DNA of 64,000 nucleotides from Candidatus Heimdallarchaeota archaeon (GCA_018238545.1 JABCTC010000018.1:1-64000), one strand, 5' to 3'; positions 10,028 to 19,733 are shown, counted from the stretch's first letter. Notes: generated by a model from the sequence alone, not told the origin. Numbers and translations: made by a program.

Positions 10028-10825
10028 TTAGCTTAAGTGTTTCAACTTTTGCTTGAAATACAACTTCTGAGCATTAGTTTTCTCATCATTTATTTTTTGA
10101 GCAATTGTTAGAATTGCATTCGCTTCTTTATTAATCTCCTTTGTTTTAAATCCATTCATTCGCAAAAATAATGTTAGCTCCTCTCCTGTAAAAGCTCTTA
10201 AAATCATTTCATCTTTGAAAGAACTCTTTTCATTATTTTCTTCTATTTCATATTCTGCTGCCCATTTCCATGTCCACCCATGTTCTAAATCAAGAGATGT
10301 GGTACTCTTTCGAGTATAATTCCTTCCTTCATACTTAGCTTTATGGGTAGATTGTTCTCTGAAATTTGTAAATATCTCTTCTGTGTTGAAATTATCAAAT
10401 AGCAACCATCCCTCTTTCTGAAGTATTTCATGAATGGAGTATAGGGCAAACATAACATCATGATTAGTTGTCATATGAGTAAATGTTCTACCAGTTACTA
10501 CAACAGCTTCAAATTTTTCTTCTAGTTTTATGTTTCTCATATCACCCAAGATAAATTTTCCTTCAGGAACGAATTCTTTGGCAAGTTTAATCATTTCTTT
10601 AGAATTATCTAAACCAGTATAGTCGTATTTACTGTCTATGAAGTATTTGGCAAGATTTCCGCTCCCACTTCCAATTTCTAATATTTTCTTGCATTTTAAC
10701 TTAGACAGATATCGATGATATAATTGAAAATCTTTCTCATAATTAAAAATTACTTGTTGCATTTCATGATACACTTTAGAATGATCTGTGTAAATCTTTA
10801 GAATCTTCATTAGAATACTGAACAA
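10028..10825 (-). CDS. Class I SAM-dependent methyltransferase
   Basis: ILEIGSGSG, GLDNSKEMI and GDMRN motifs. Confidence 0.9.
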   Translation of the reverse strand: MFSILMKILKIYTDHSKVYHEMQQVIFNYEKDFQLYHRYLSKLKCKKILEIGSGSGNLAKYFIDSKYDYTGLDNSKEMIKLAKEFVPEGKFILGDMRNIKLEEKFEAVVVTGRTFTHMTTNHDVMFALYSIHEILQKEGWLLFDNFNTEEIFTNFREQSTHKAKYEGRNYTRKSTTSLDLEHGWTWKWAAEYEIEENNEKSSFKDEMILRAFTGEELTLFLRMNGFKTKEINKEANAILTIAQKINDEKTNAQKLYFKQKLKHLS

Positions 10826-10896
10826 ATTACCCTATATAAATCTCATTCAATAAATTTTTTTTAGATAAATTTAATAAATCATACTTTTCCCATTAG

Positions 10897-11922
10897 TTGA
10901 TGATTGATTTACGTTCAGATACTTTTACTTTACCATCAAAAGAGATGATGGAAACAATTATGCATGCAAAATTGGGGGATGATGTTTGGGAAGAAGACCC
11001 TACTGCAATCGAACTTGAAGCTTTAGCAGCTAAAATTCTTGGTAAAGAAGCAGGATTGTTCTTATCAAGTGGCACACAAGGCAACCTTGTAGCAAATATG
11101 ACTCATCTTAACCGTGGTGATGGAATTGTTTTGGAGGAAGAGAGTCACATCAACATGTATGAAGTAGGTGGTATTGGGCAGATTTGTGGTGCTTATCCTT
11201 ATCTCATCAAAGGTGATGATGGACTTATGTCCCCTTCTGATGTTGAAGCAATTTTTACTCGAAATTATAATGTTCATTGGGTTGAGCCAAAACTCTTGTG
11301 TATAGAGAACACTCACAATAGAGGTGGTGGTAAAATCATTCCTAAAGATAACATTGACACTTTAGCCAATATAGCTCATGAAAACGGAGGAGTTGTTCAT
11401 ATTGATGGAGCTCGTGTATTCAATGCAGCGGTTGCAACAAATATGCCCGTCTCGAAGATAGTTGAAAAAGCTGATAGTGTGCAAATATGTTTATCCAAAG
11501 GTTTAGGTTGTCCTATAGGTTCTTTGCTTGTAGGTTCTGAAGAGTTCATTCATAAAGCTAGAAAGAATCGTAAAGTTGTCGGGGGAGCTATGAGACAAGT
11601 AGGTATTATTGCAGCACCTGGTATTTATGCTTTGAACAATATGGTTGATAGATTAGCAGAAGATCACAAACATGCAAAAATGTTAGAGAAAGCTCTCAAC
11701 AATATAGAAAATATTCGTGTCAAACCAGTTGATACAAATCTTGTTGTTTCCGACATCTCTAAAACGACTTATACGGCAGATGAAATAGAGCAAAAACTTT
11801 CTCAAAAAGGAATACAAGTTTCTATTATGGGCGATTATCTTGTCAGAATGGTAACCTATTTTGGTATAACTATTGAACAAATAGAAAAGGTTGCATCTGC
11901 CCTCTTAGAAGTATTCTCATGA
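10897..11922 (+). CDS. ltaE: Low-specificity L-threonine aldolase
   Basis: IDLRSDT, SGTQGNL, ENTHNRGGG, HIDGAR and CLSKGLG (PLP lysine). Confidence 0.93.
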   Translation: MMIDLRSDTFTLPSKEMMETIMHAKLGDDVWEEDPTAIELEALAAKILGKEAGLFLSSGTQGNLVANMTHLNRGDGIVLEEESHINMYEVGGIGQICGAYPYLIKGDDGLMSPSDVEAIFTRNYNVHWVEPKLLCIENTHNRGGGKIIPKDNIDTLANIAHENGGVVHIDGARVFNAAVATNMPVSKIVEKADSVQICLSKGLGCPIGSLLVGSEEFIHKARKNRKVVGGAMRQVGIIAAPGIYALNNMVDRLAEDHKHAKMLEKALNNIENIRVKPVDTNLVVSDISKTTYTADEIEQKLSQKGIQVSIMGDYLVRMVTYFGITIEQIEKVASALLEVFS

Positions 11923-12048
11923 AGTAATTTGCAAACCTTGAACCCTTTTTTTCTTCTTTTTCTATAACTCCCTAGGCTGTTCTTTTGAGCTTTTATGAGG
12001 AATATCATAGAGTTTTTATATCTATATTTTGGTGTTTACTTGATACAT

Positions 12049-12927
12049 GTGTCAATCGATGATTATTTAGATACCTTGCTTTCTGGTAGTTCTGAACCTA
12101 CTAGTAAAGCAATCAAGAAATTGACAAAACTTCTCGAGAATTTCGGAGCTATTATGGTTGCTTCTACCGAGAGGATGGAGGATTATATTACCGGTTTAGA
12201 TTCACGAATTACCACAATTGAGAGAGATTTAGGCGTTTCCTCTGGATCTACTTTAACAAATTCAGCTCCTGCAAGAGCTCCTGCAAGAGCTCCTGCAATG
12301 GCTAATCCCACTCCAGCTGCAGCCCCTTCAACGGGTGCTCCAAACCTTTCTGCAGCTCCAAACCTTTCAGCTGCACCGGCGATGGGTGCACCAAACCTTT
12401 CTGCAGCTCCAAATCTTAGTAGTGCTCCTTCTGGTGGAGGAACAGCTGCTCCTGCTCCAGCGCCTAGTAGTGGAGGAGGGGGGATTTCAAGTACTGATTT
12501 AATGAAAGCAGCTTCAGGCTTAACAAAAGCTCCTGAACAACAACCAAAAGAGATGGTTGACGCAGCTTCACTCAGTCCATCGGGAGTTAGTGTTACAGCT
12601 ATTCAAGATGTTAAAGCAGGATTGAAGAAAGTAGACCAAGATGAACATAGAAAAGAAAGAGCTGCAGCGGCTTCTGGCGGATCTAGTGGTTCGATGCCCG
12701 CTTCTATGGTTCTAAACATGGAGGTTAAAGATGCTTTAGCGAAGAGAAAATCACGTTCTAAAAAAGCTGATGATGATGAAGATGAAGAAGATGATTTTGC
12801 TCCAACTCAAGCTGCTCCCGCTGCGCCTAAACGCTCAACAAAACAGATGAAAGAAGCACTACAAGGAGAATTACGAAACGCCTTTAGTAGTTTACTTGAA
12901 AGTGATACACAAGAAGAAGAAAAGTAA
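12049..12927 (+). CDS. Putative actin regulator: coiled coil + Pro/Ala linker + 2 WH2-like motifs + central helix + acidic tract (WAVE/WASH/VASP-like)
   Basis: ORF track gives 11995-12927. GTG 12049 is preferred because TTTTTATA lies at ~12013-12020. Motifs ISSTDLMKAASGLTKA, VSVTAIQDVKAGLKKV, LNMEVKDALAKRKSR and DDDEDEEDDF. Confidence 0.65.
   Translation: MSIDDYLDTLLSGSSEPTSKAIKKLTKLLENFGAIMVASTERMEDYITGLDSRITTIERDLGVSSGSTLTNSAPARAPARAPAMANPTPAAAPSTGAPNLSAAPNLSAAPAMGAPNLSAAPNLSSAPSGGGTAAPAPAPSSGGGGISSTDLMKAASGLTKAPEQQPKEMVDAASLSPSGVSVTAIQDVKAGLKKVDQDEHRKERAAAASGGSSGSMPASMVLNMEVKDALAKRKSRSKKADDDEDEEDDFAPTQAAPAAPKRSTKQMKEALQGELRNAFSSLLESDTQEEEK
12264..12429 (+). repeat. In-frame tandem repeats encoding (APAR)n and (G)APNLSA units
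   Basis: AGCTCCTGCAAG about 3 times (12264-12298), then four GC(T/A)CCAAA(C/T)CTT units. Confidence 0.8.
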
Positions 12928-13041
12928 AGACTCTTCTTTTTTATTTATTTCAATTTTCCACACAATTTATGTCAGATTATCCTTCTGGTTCAAAGACTCG
13001 GAATACTTAAGATGTACTAATTATATGAAGAGAATATTACT

Positions 13042-15156
13042 ATGACAACCATTACTAAATTTATAGAACAACTTTTAGTTGTTAGACAAGAAAAATCTTC
13101 AACACTTGCTATAGATGATGCAAAAGTACAAACAATTTTTCAAGAAATTATAGACTTTCAACAAAACAAAGACGACCCTTACTACATTTGCTCAAGCGAA
13201 AATATTAAAAAATTATTCGTTTCCGCTTGGCAAACAAACGATGAGATTCCAACAGATGTTTCTTATTATCTTGCTGGAATGTATTTCTTAGGCAACATTA
13301 ACTTTGAAACCTTTAGAGCAGTTATACAATTGCTCTCTGAAAAAGGAATACTAAAAGATGATTTATTAGTTGTATATTTCTGGTTACACGAACTGATTGA
13401 AAATGATTTCAAACTCGATAAGACCATCAGTTTTCTTAATTTCTTAGAATTTACAAGAAAATTAGGAGTCAATGTTCTTAGTTTTAGTGAATTTGAATCA
13501 GCTTTAGAGAGGGATGAAATCGACTTAAAAACAAAAAATGAAGAAAGATTGCAATTCAAGGAATTAGATAGAATTGTTTCAAATCTCGAGGATAGACCAG
13601 AATACATAGATTCTCTATCTAGTTCAATACCTCCTGAAATTCTTGAACTACTTGATTTTCATATTGATTATAGGAAATTAAATGAGATATCTTACAATTT
13701 AGCTAAATTCATAAGTGAGCAATTAAAAATTAACAAGAAAATCACTATAGCAAATTTTCAAAAGAAAATCGAGGAACAATTTGCTTCTCAAAATTATTTA
13801 GAAGTACCTTCTGTTGTTGATCCAATCTTCAAGCCACATATAGATCATATTACAGCTAAAACGGTTGATATGACTAATTTGGCAGAACTCTCAAGTGATT
13901 TGGTTATGGAGTTTGCATCAATCAAAGCTTACTCCAGCCCAAATATTGCTCAAAAAATAAGAATTACTTTCTTAGGAGGAGGGGGAATCGGTAATATGGG
14001 AATTATTATACAGCATGATAACAATGCGATACTATTAGATTTTGGGATGAGTGTAGCGAACCAAAGTATCCCTCGATGGCATCCTGCATTGAGATTTGTA
14101 AAAGCTGTTCTTGTTTCTCACGCTCATTTAGATCATACTGGAGGGCTACCTTATCTCATATCACATGAAAATGAAAAAAGGTGGTATGCAAGTCCTAGAA
14201 CAAAGATTCTAACAGAAAAACTGTTGTATAATACAGCTTCAATAATTAGGGGGAAACGAACTCAATCTACTCAATTGTCTCATTTACAGAAAATCTACTT
14301 ACAAAACTCAAACATTATTAATTTGCTAAACTCGTTTCACCCTCTCAAACCCAAAAAGACAGTAGAAATATCTCCAGGTTTCGAAGTTACTCCTTATCCT
14401 GCGTCTCATCTTTTTGGAAGCTATGGTTATGAAATCAACATTTTTGGTAAACGGATTTTCTTCACGGGAGATTTCTCATTGGACAAGAGTGAATTATTCC
14501 CAGGTGCTCAATTCCCAACAGATTGTGATTTGACAATTTTTGATGGAACTTATTATAATCGAAATATTCCACAAGAAAATCCTGATGCAACTTTGCTCCA
14601 AGCTACTGAGTTATGCAATCAGATCATAATTCCAGCTTTTTCAGTAGGAAGAACTCAAGAAATGATAAAGAGATTAGAAAGGTTAAGGATTACAAAGAAG
14701 AGAAATATTATCGTTACAGGTCTTGCTGCTGATATAACAAAGACAATGGGTATTAATGCAGATTATGAAATAAGGAAAAACTTTGAACCTAGTGATTTTC
14801 AAGAGAACGATATACTGATCACGGGCCATGGTATGTTACAAAGCGGTAGTGCTAGAAGATTGTTGGAAGCTACCAAAAACTCATCAGAAACTGGTGTTAT
14901 CCTTTGTGGATATCAAGCTCCTAACACTCTTGGTTTTGCTCTTAAGAATGGGAATCCTGTAGCAGTCCAGCAATATAAACAGAGAATACACTCAGTACAG
15001 ATTAGCGGTCATTCTTCTCCCTTGGGTCTTAATGATTTTATTAACAAACTCTCAGGCAAGAAAGTGATGGTACATACACCTGATAAGACCACAGTAATGA
15101 AAAAGCACAAGGATGTTATGATCCCAAGGTACTTGGAGCAGATAATTATAAAGTGA
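13042..15156 (+). CDS. Metallo-beta-lactamase / beta-CASP ribonuclease with ~300-aa N-terminal extension
   Basis: LLDFG, SHAHLDHTGG, SHLFGS, FTGDF, PAFSVGRTQE, GYQAPNTLG, SGHS and MVH motifs. Confidence 0.85.
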   Translation: MTTITKFIEQLLVVRQEKSSTLAIDDAKVQTIFQEIIDFQQNKDDPYYICSSENIKKLFVSAWQTNDEIPTDVSYYLAGMYFLGNINFETFRAVIQLLSEKGILKDDLLVVYFWLHELIENDFKLDKTISFLNFLEFTRKLGVNVLSFSEFESALERDEIDLKTKNEERLQFKELDRIVSNLEDRPEYIDSLSSSIPPEILELLDFHIDYRKLNEISYNLAKFISEQLKINKKITIANFQKKIEEQFASQNYLEVPSVVDPIFKPHIDHITAKTVDMTNLAELSSDLVMEFASIKAYSSPNIAQKIRITFLGGGGIGNMGIIIQHDNNAILLDFGMSVANQSIPRWHPALRFVKAVLVSHAHLDHTGGLPYLISHENEKRWYASPRTKILTEKLLYNTASIIRGKRTQSTQLSHLQKIYLQNSNIINLLNSFHPLKPKKTVEISPGFEVTPYPASHLFGSYGYEINIFGKRIFFTGDFSLDKSELFPGAQFPTDCDLTIFDGTYYNRNIPQENPDATLLQATELCNQIIIPAFSVGRTQEMIKRLERLRITKKRNIIVTGLAADITKTMGINADYEIRKNFEPSDFQENDILITGHGMLQSGSARRLLEATKNSSETGVILCGYQAPNTLGFALKNGNPVAVQQYKQRIHSVQISGHSSPLGLNDFINKLSGKKVMVHTPDKTTVMKKHKDVMIPRYLEQIIIK

Positions 15157-15245
15157 ATAGTCAATATTTGCTCTTCCACAAATTTTATAATAGATTATTG
15201 TTTAAATTATAGAAGTTAACAAAATTTCTATAGAACTTGCAATAG

Positions 15246-16904
15246 GTGGTAGCGTTGATAACAAACTTAGAAGGTTTAAATATCGATAAGATTTCGAAAC
15301 AAAAAGATTTACGAGATGTTGTTTCAGACCTTCTAGAATTAACACGAAGATTACCTCTTAAAGATTCAAAACTGTTAATCGAGAAAATATCCCTTAAAAG
15401 TAAGCAATTGGGTGATATAAAATCTCAAGTAATTATAAATTATGTTAAACATCTACAAATTTTCGGTCTTCTAAAGAGAAATGGAGAAATATTAGAGCTT
15501 GCCAATGAAATTAACATTTTATCTGAAAAAATAGATTACAAAGAAGGAAAAGCTCTTTACTATATTATTATGTGGGGGGTTGAGAAATTAAAAGGTAATA
15601 TCAAAAGAGCTATTGTAATGCGAAGGACTTCTATGGAAATCATTGATTCCTTAGAAAAACCTGATATAATGGTTTCAACCTGGATTAGATATTCTTATGC
15701 TGTTGGCGAGTGGACAGAAGAAAGGAATCTGTCTTCTGCTAAGATGTTAGAAGATTGCATGATCTTCTTTAGAAAAAGAGAACATTATTCATCAGAGATT
15801 AATGCAGCAACATTTTTAGCTAATATTTATTCTAAAACAAATCAGAAAGATGAGCTTTTCAATATTGTTCAAGAGATTATGGGAAACGATGGTTTATTCC
15901 AGTATTATCCTAAACACATTTTAGGGAGATTTCATTATCTTCTAGGGTCAATGTTTCTTTCAAGGGGAGATAAGGAACTGGCTGAAATGCACTTGTTCTC
16001 AAGCACTCAGCTATACAAGAGATTCAGTCATACTTCAAACCACATTTATGATTATCTTTCCGGTCTCTCAATTCTAGCCCGAATTTATGCTACTTCAGGT
16101 AAGTTGGACAGGGTTCATGATATCCTTACAGAGCTTAAAGAGATAGTTGATGAAGGAGATTTATATCAGAAATTATCAAAACAATTTGTAAATTCCTTGG
16201 TCAGTTCTATCACTATCACTCAATTTTACATGTCATTTCATAAAAGAAACAATTACAATTTAGATTTTCAAGGAGAGGTTAGAAACCTCTTATTGAAATA
16301 CCAAAATTTTATTCTATTACCTGAAATGTTGACCGAACTAATGGTTTATTCAGGTATCGAAATTGAGGAACTTTCAGATTTGAAGATAGAAAAACTACCG
16401 AACAATTTCCTTAAAAGTGTCATTGATTTTCTACTTGCTTTACAAAATCCAGATGTCAGCAGCACAGATGAAAGGATTAAAAATGCTTCCAAAATTCTTG
16501 ACCTTTCGCCAGAAAATGCTGTTAAAGGAGAATTTGGAAGAATCTTTAGTGATATGATTCTATCAAAACTTTATCTTTCAAGTGGTAGGTATGAGGAATT
16601 CAAAACTACGATGAAGAAGTATGTTTTTAAGACTGATAAAATCACAAATATTTCTTTAAGAATTATGGCAGAGAGCATGGAAGCGATATATAAGTTCCTG
16701 CAAAGCGATAAAACTGAGAAATCAATAGAAAGATTATCAGAAATAATTTTAGAATGTGAAGAGAAAAGCTTAACCAGGATGGGTAGAGAAGTTAAGGCTT
16801 TCAGACAAATGCTAGTTCAAAAAAGAATGAATTTTTATCATAAACAAATTTTCGCCGATTTATCTTATCAAGATCTTGTTCCAATAATAGTAGAAAAAAC
16901 ATAA
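15246..16904 (+). CDS. Alpha-solenoid / TPR-like hypothetical protein
   Basis: 552-aa ORF with amphipathic helix pairs (e.g. GRFHYLLGSMFLSRGDKELAEMHL, ILARIYATSGKLD). Confidence 0.55.
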   Translation: MVALITNLEGLNIDKISKQKDLRDVVSDLLELTRRLPLKDSKLLIEKISLKSKQLGDIKSQVIINYVKHLQIFGLLKRNGEILELANEINILSEKIDYKEGKALYYIIMWGVEKLKGNIKRAIVMRRTSMEIIDSLEKPDIMVSTWIRYSYAVGEWTEERNLSSAKMLEDCMIFFRKREHYSSEINAATFLANIYSKTNQKDELFNIVQEIMGNDGLFQYYPKHILGRFHYLLGSMFLSRGDKELAEMHLFSSTQLYKRFSHTSNHIYDYLSGLSILARIYATSGKLDRVHDILTELKEIVDEGDLYQKLSKQFVNSLVSSITITQFYMSFHKRNNYNLDFQGEVRNLLLKYQNFILLPEMLTELMVYSGIEIEELSDLKIEKLPNNFLKSVIDFLLALQNPDVSSTDERIKNASKILDLSPENAVKGEFGRIFSDMILSKLYLSSGRYEEFKTTMKKYVFKTDKITNISLRIMAESMEAIYKFLQSDKTEKSIERLSEIILECEEKSLTRMGREVKAFRQMLVQKRMNFYHKQIFADLSYQDLVPIIVEKT

Positions 16905-16920
16905 AAAGAAAAGGAGAATG

Positions 16921-19626
16921 TTAGCTACTTCCAAGACCTATAGCTTTGTATTTTACCTCTGATACTATAAAATGCTCATGGTCATATGCTCTTCTTCCAT
17001 CAATCAAGACAGGATTTCTCATCAATTCTAAAAACCTACCGGGAGAAATATCTTTGAATTCTTTCCATTCAGTTACTAGAATGCACCCATCAGCTGATTT
17101 TAGCACTTCTTCAATAGAGTTTACTAGATGCAAATTTTCATTTTCTATTTCCTTTTCGAAATTCTTCATGGCTATTGGATCTGTTGCATACACAATTGCT
17201 CCTTCTTCAAGCAACGTTTCTATAATAGGTACTGAGACAGCATCTCTCACGTCATCTGTATCGGGTTTAAAAGCAAGTCCCAATATTGCAATTTTTTTGT
17301 CTTTAAGTGATTCTCCATCGTAAGTCTCCTTGAGTAATTGAATTGCACGTAAAGGTTGAATCTTATTTGTTTCAATTGTGGCTTCTAGGAGTTTTGAGGG
17401 AACCTTAAGTTCTTTTGATTTCTGGAACAAAGCAGAAACGTCTTTTGGGAAACAATTGTGAACAATAAAACCACTAGTTGATACAAAGGTGTGAGGACTA
17501 CTTTCCATTTCTATTGAATAAACATCAATCTCTGCTGTCTTCTTAGTAATATTGTTAATTCTCAAACTAGCAAAACCATCATATTTCACATATCCCATAG
17601 GTTTAACATCTCTTTTTTGTGCCAACAAAGTATCAGTCATTTTCACATTTGTTTTCTGATCGAAGAATTTCAAATCATTAACCTGTGATTTACCGAAAAC
17701 ACGAATAATGTGTGCTGGTGTTGTTGATTTCTTCATCCACTGCTTCTTATAAGAAGGAATAATGTTTAAAGATTGGAGAAGTACAATAATCCCTTCAGCT
17801 AGTTCTTTGCTTACAGTTCCATATTCTATTGTTATTGCTCTAGCATGTTTATGAAAGTAAACACTTCCATCACCTCTGAAAAGCCCTTTTAAGACATTAA
17901 ATTTAGACTCTTTGTTTTCGGTGTAAATAAGAGCTGGTAATCTTTTTGTATATGAATCAGTTCCGCAATTGAAATATTTGTCCAGGATATAGGCTAGCAC
18001 CTTTGATGAAACAAGTATTGTGGTACATTGTCCCTTTGAAACCAAACTGAATCGAATCTTCAATTTTTCAAGAATACTGCAAACATCCCCTATATATTCT
18101 CCTTCGTTTGAATTGAAGGAAAATCCAATTCTTGCCCTAATACCTCTTTTTCCTTTTTCATAAGTAATATGTCCTTCAGCTAAATAATAACCTATTAAAC
18201 GCCAGAAATCTGCATCCATACTGATAACTGTAGGGATGTACGTAGGAGTACCTTGAGTTGTATATATGTAATATTCATCCAGTTTGAAAGGTAATAGATT
18301 TTTCTTAATTAAGTATTGGAAGAATTTCAATGGTAGATAATTATTTCTAACTAAATCATATACTTTCCAATCTGATTCTTGAATTTGTCTAATGACACGA
18401 TACAATACTTCTTTGTACTCCTTTAGATCATGTTTCAAAGGTCTAAATTTCAAGAAATCAATATTATCTTTTGCAATTTCATATACATTTAGCTTCTTTT
18501 TTCTACATACTGGATAACTTGTCAATACAGGGAGTCTATTCCCCTCTCTTACGTCCATTGCTAATGTTATTTCCAAATTACCATTATTTTCAATTAACAT
18601 TGGATGATCTTTAGTTACAGAAATTTCTCTTCCCATTTTAGTATGGAATGTTATAATTTCTCCTTTATACTCTCTCTTGGAGAAATGCTTTACTTCCTCT
18701 ACAAAAGAATTATGACCATCAAAGGATATTGCTCTAATATTTGTATTTGAATGGTATCTCAGGTATAATTCTTCTGAAGTAGCAATTTCAGGAGTTGAAT
18801 TTCCTAATAGAATGAAATCATTTCCAGTTATACAACTTCCACCATATCCTAACCCAGCTCGGAGAAATTTACTTGAAATTCTCTCATCCATTCCAACACC
18901 CTGTGCTATGGAACTGACATCACTACCAATTTTCTCAGCAATATTTGCTATTTCATTGATAAAAGAAATTTTCATTGCTAAGAATGAGTTGGATGCAAGT
19001 TTGATTATCTCAGCTGTTGTTGGATCTACTTGAAGAATAGGAGCTTCAAACCCCTCATAGGTTTTTGCAATTAACTGCTGAGCTCTTTCATCATTCCCGC
19101 CAATTACTATTCTATCTGGTGCTAGAAAATCCTTCAAAGCTACTCCTTCACGTAGAAATTCTGGGTTCATACCTACTCCAAAATCCTTACCAGAAGTCAA
19201 TTTACTGTTTTCAAGTATTGGTTTCACAATGTCAGTTGTAGTTCCTGGATTACAAGTGCTCTTAACCACTACAACTTTGTATTCTTGACCTTCTTCGAAT
19301 GTCTTTGCTATTGATGTAGCAGCTGATCTAACATATTTATCATCAAGTAATCCATTTGAGAATGAAGGTGTTCCAACACATATGAAAATGATTTCTGATT
19401 TTTGTATTGCTTCTTTGAAATCCAAAGTTGCTTCTAATTTCCCTTCTTCCACAACTTGTTTTAACATTTCTTCTAACCCTTCCTCATATATCGGGGGGAT
19501 AGCTTGGTTAATCATATCCACCTTTTCTTGAATAACATCTACACAAATAACATCATGCCCTTTATGTGCAAAACAAGCACCAGTAACAAGTCCCACATAT
19601 CCTGTCCCAATTATAGCTATTTTCAT
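16921..19626 (-). CDS. ugd: UDP-glucose 6-dehydrogenase containing an intein
   Basis: MKIAIIGTGYVG, ICVGTP, NPEFLREG, GYGGS|intein|CFPKD and LGLAFKPDTDD. Probable start ATG 19626 (track 19641). Confidence 0.93.
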   Translation of the reverse strand: MKIAIIGTGYVGLVTGACFAHKGHDVICVDVIQEKVDMINQAIPPIYEEGLEEMLKQVVEEGKLEATLDFKEAIQKSEIIFICVGTPSFSNGLLDDKYVRSAATSIAKTFEEGQEYKVVVVKSTCNPGTTTDIVKPILENSKLTSGKDFGVGMNPEFLREGVALKDFLAPDRIVIGGNDERAQQLIAKTYEGFEAPILQVDPTTAEIIKLASNSFLAMKISFINEIANIAEKIGSDVSSIAQGVGMDERISSKFLRAGLGYGGSCITGNDFILLGNSTPEIATSEELYLRYHSNTNIRAISFDGHNSFVEEVKHFSKREYKGEIITFHTKMGREISVTKDHPMLIENNGNLEITLAMDVREGNRLPVLTSYPVCRKKKLNVYEIAKDNIDFLKFRPLKHDLKEYKEVLYRVIRQIQESDWKVYDLVRNNYLPLKFFQYLIKKNLLPFKLDEYYIYTTQGTPTYIPTVISMDADFWRLIGYYLAEGHITYEKGKRGIRARIGFSFNSNEGEYIGDVCSILEKLKIRFSLVSKGQCTTILVSSKVLAYILDKYFNCGTDSYTKRLPALIYTENKESKFNVLKGLFRGDGSVYFHKHARAITIEYGTVSKELAEGIIVLLQSLNIIPSYKKQWMKKSTTPAHIIRVFGKSQVNDLKFFDQKTNVKMTDTLLAQKRDVKPMGYVKYDGFASLRINNITKKTAEIDVYSIEMESSPHTFVSTSGFIVHNCFPKDVSALFQKSKELKVPSKLLEATIETNKIQPLRAIQLLKETYDGESLKDKKIAILGLAFKPDTDDVRDAVSVPIIETLLEEGAIVYATDPIAMKNFEKEIENENLHLVNSIEEVLKSADGCILVTEWKEFKDISPGRFLELMRNPVLIDGRRAYDHEHFIVSEVKYKAIGLGSS
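17455..18834 (-). mobile_element. Intein (460 aa) with LAGLIDADG homing endonuclease
   Basis: Starts CITGND, block B VTKDHP, LAGLIDADG-like RLIGYYLAEG and LKGLFRGDG, ends IVHN before the extein Cys. Confidence 0.93.
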
Positions 19627-19733
19627 AATCTTCATTCTCATATTAATTGGGGATTATTTGAAAGTTTGTCCAGAAGTTGTCCATTTGTCGACAAACCGAA
19701 AACATTTACATATACCAAGGAAAAATCTGTACA

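Noticed and set aside
11995-12048. Hydrophobic N-terminus (MRNIIEFLYLYFGVYLIH) as a membrane anchor of the NPF-like protein
   Set aside because: It overlaps a TATA-like box and is probably untranslated. GTG 12049 is the more plausible start, though unproven.
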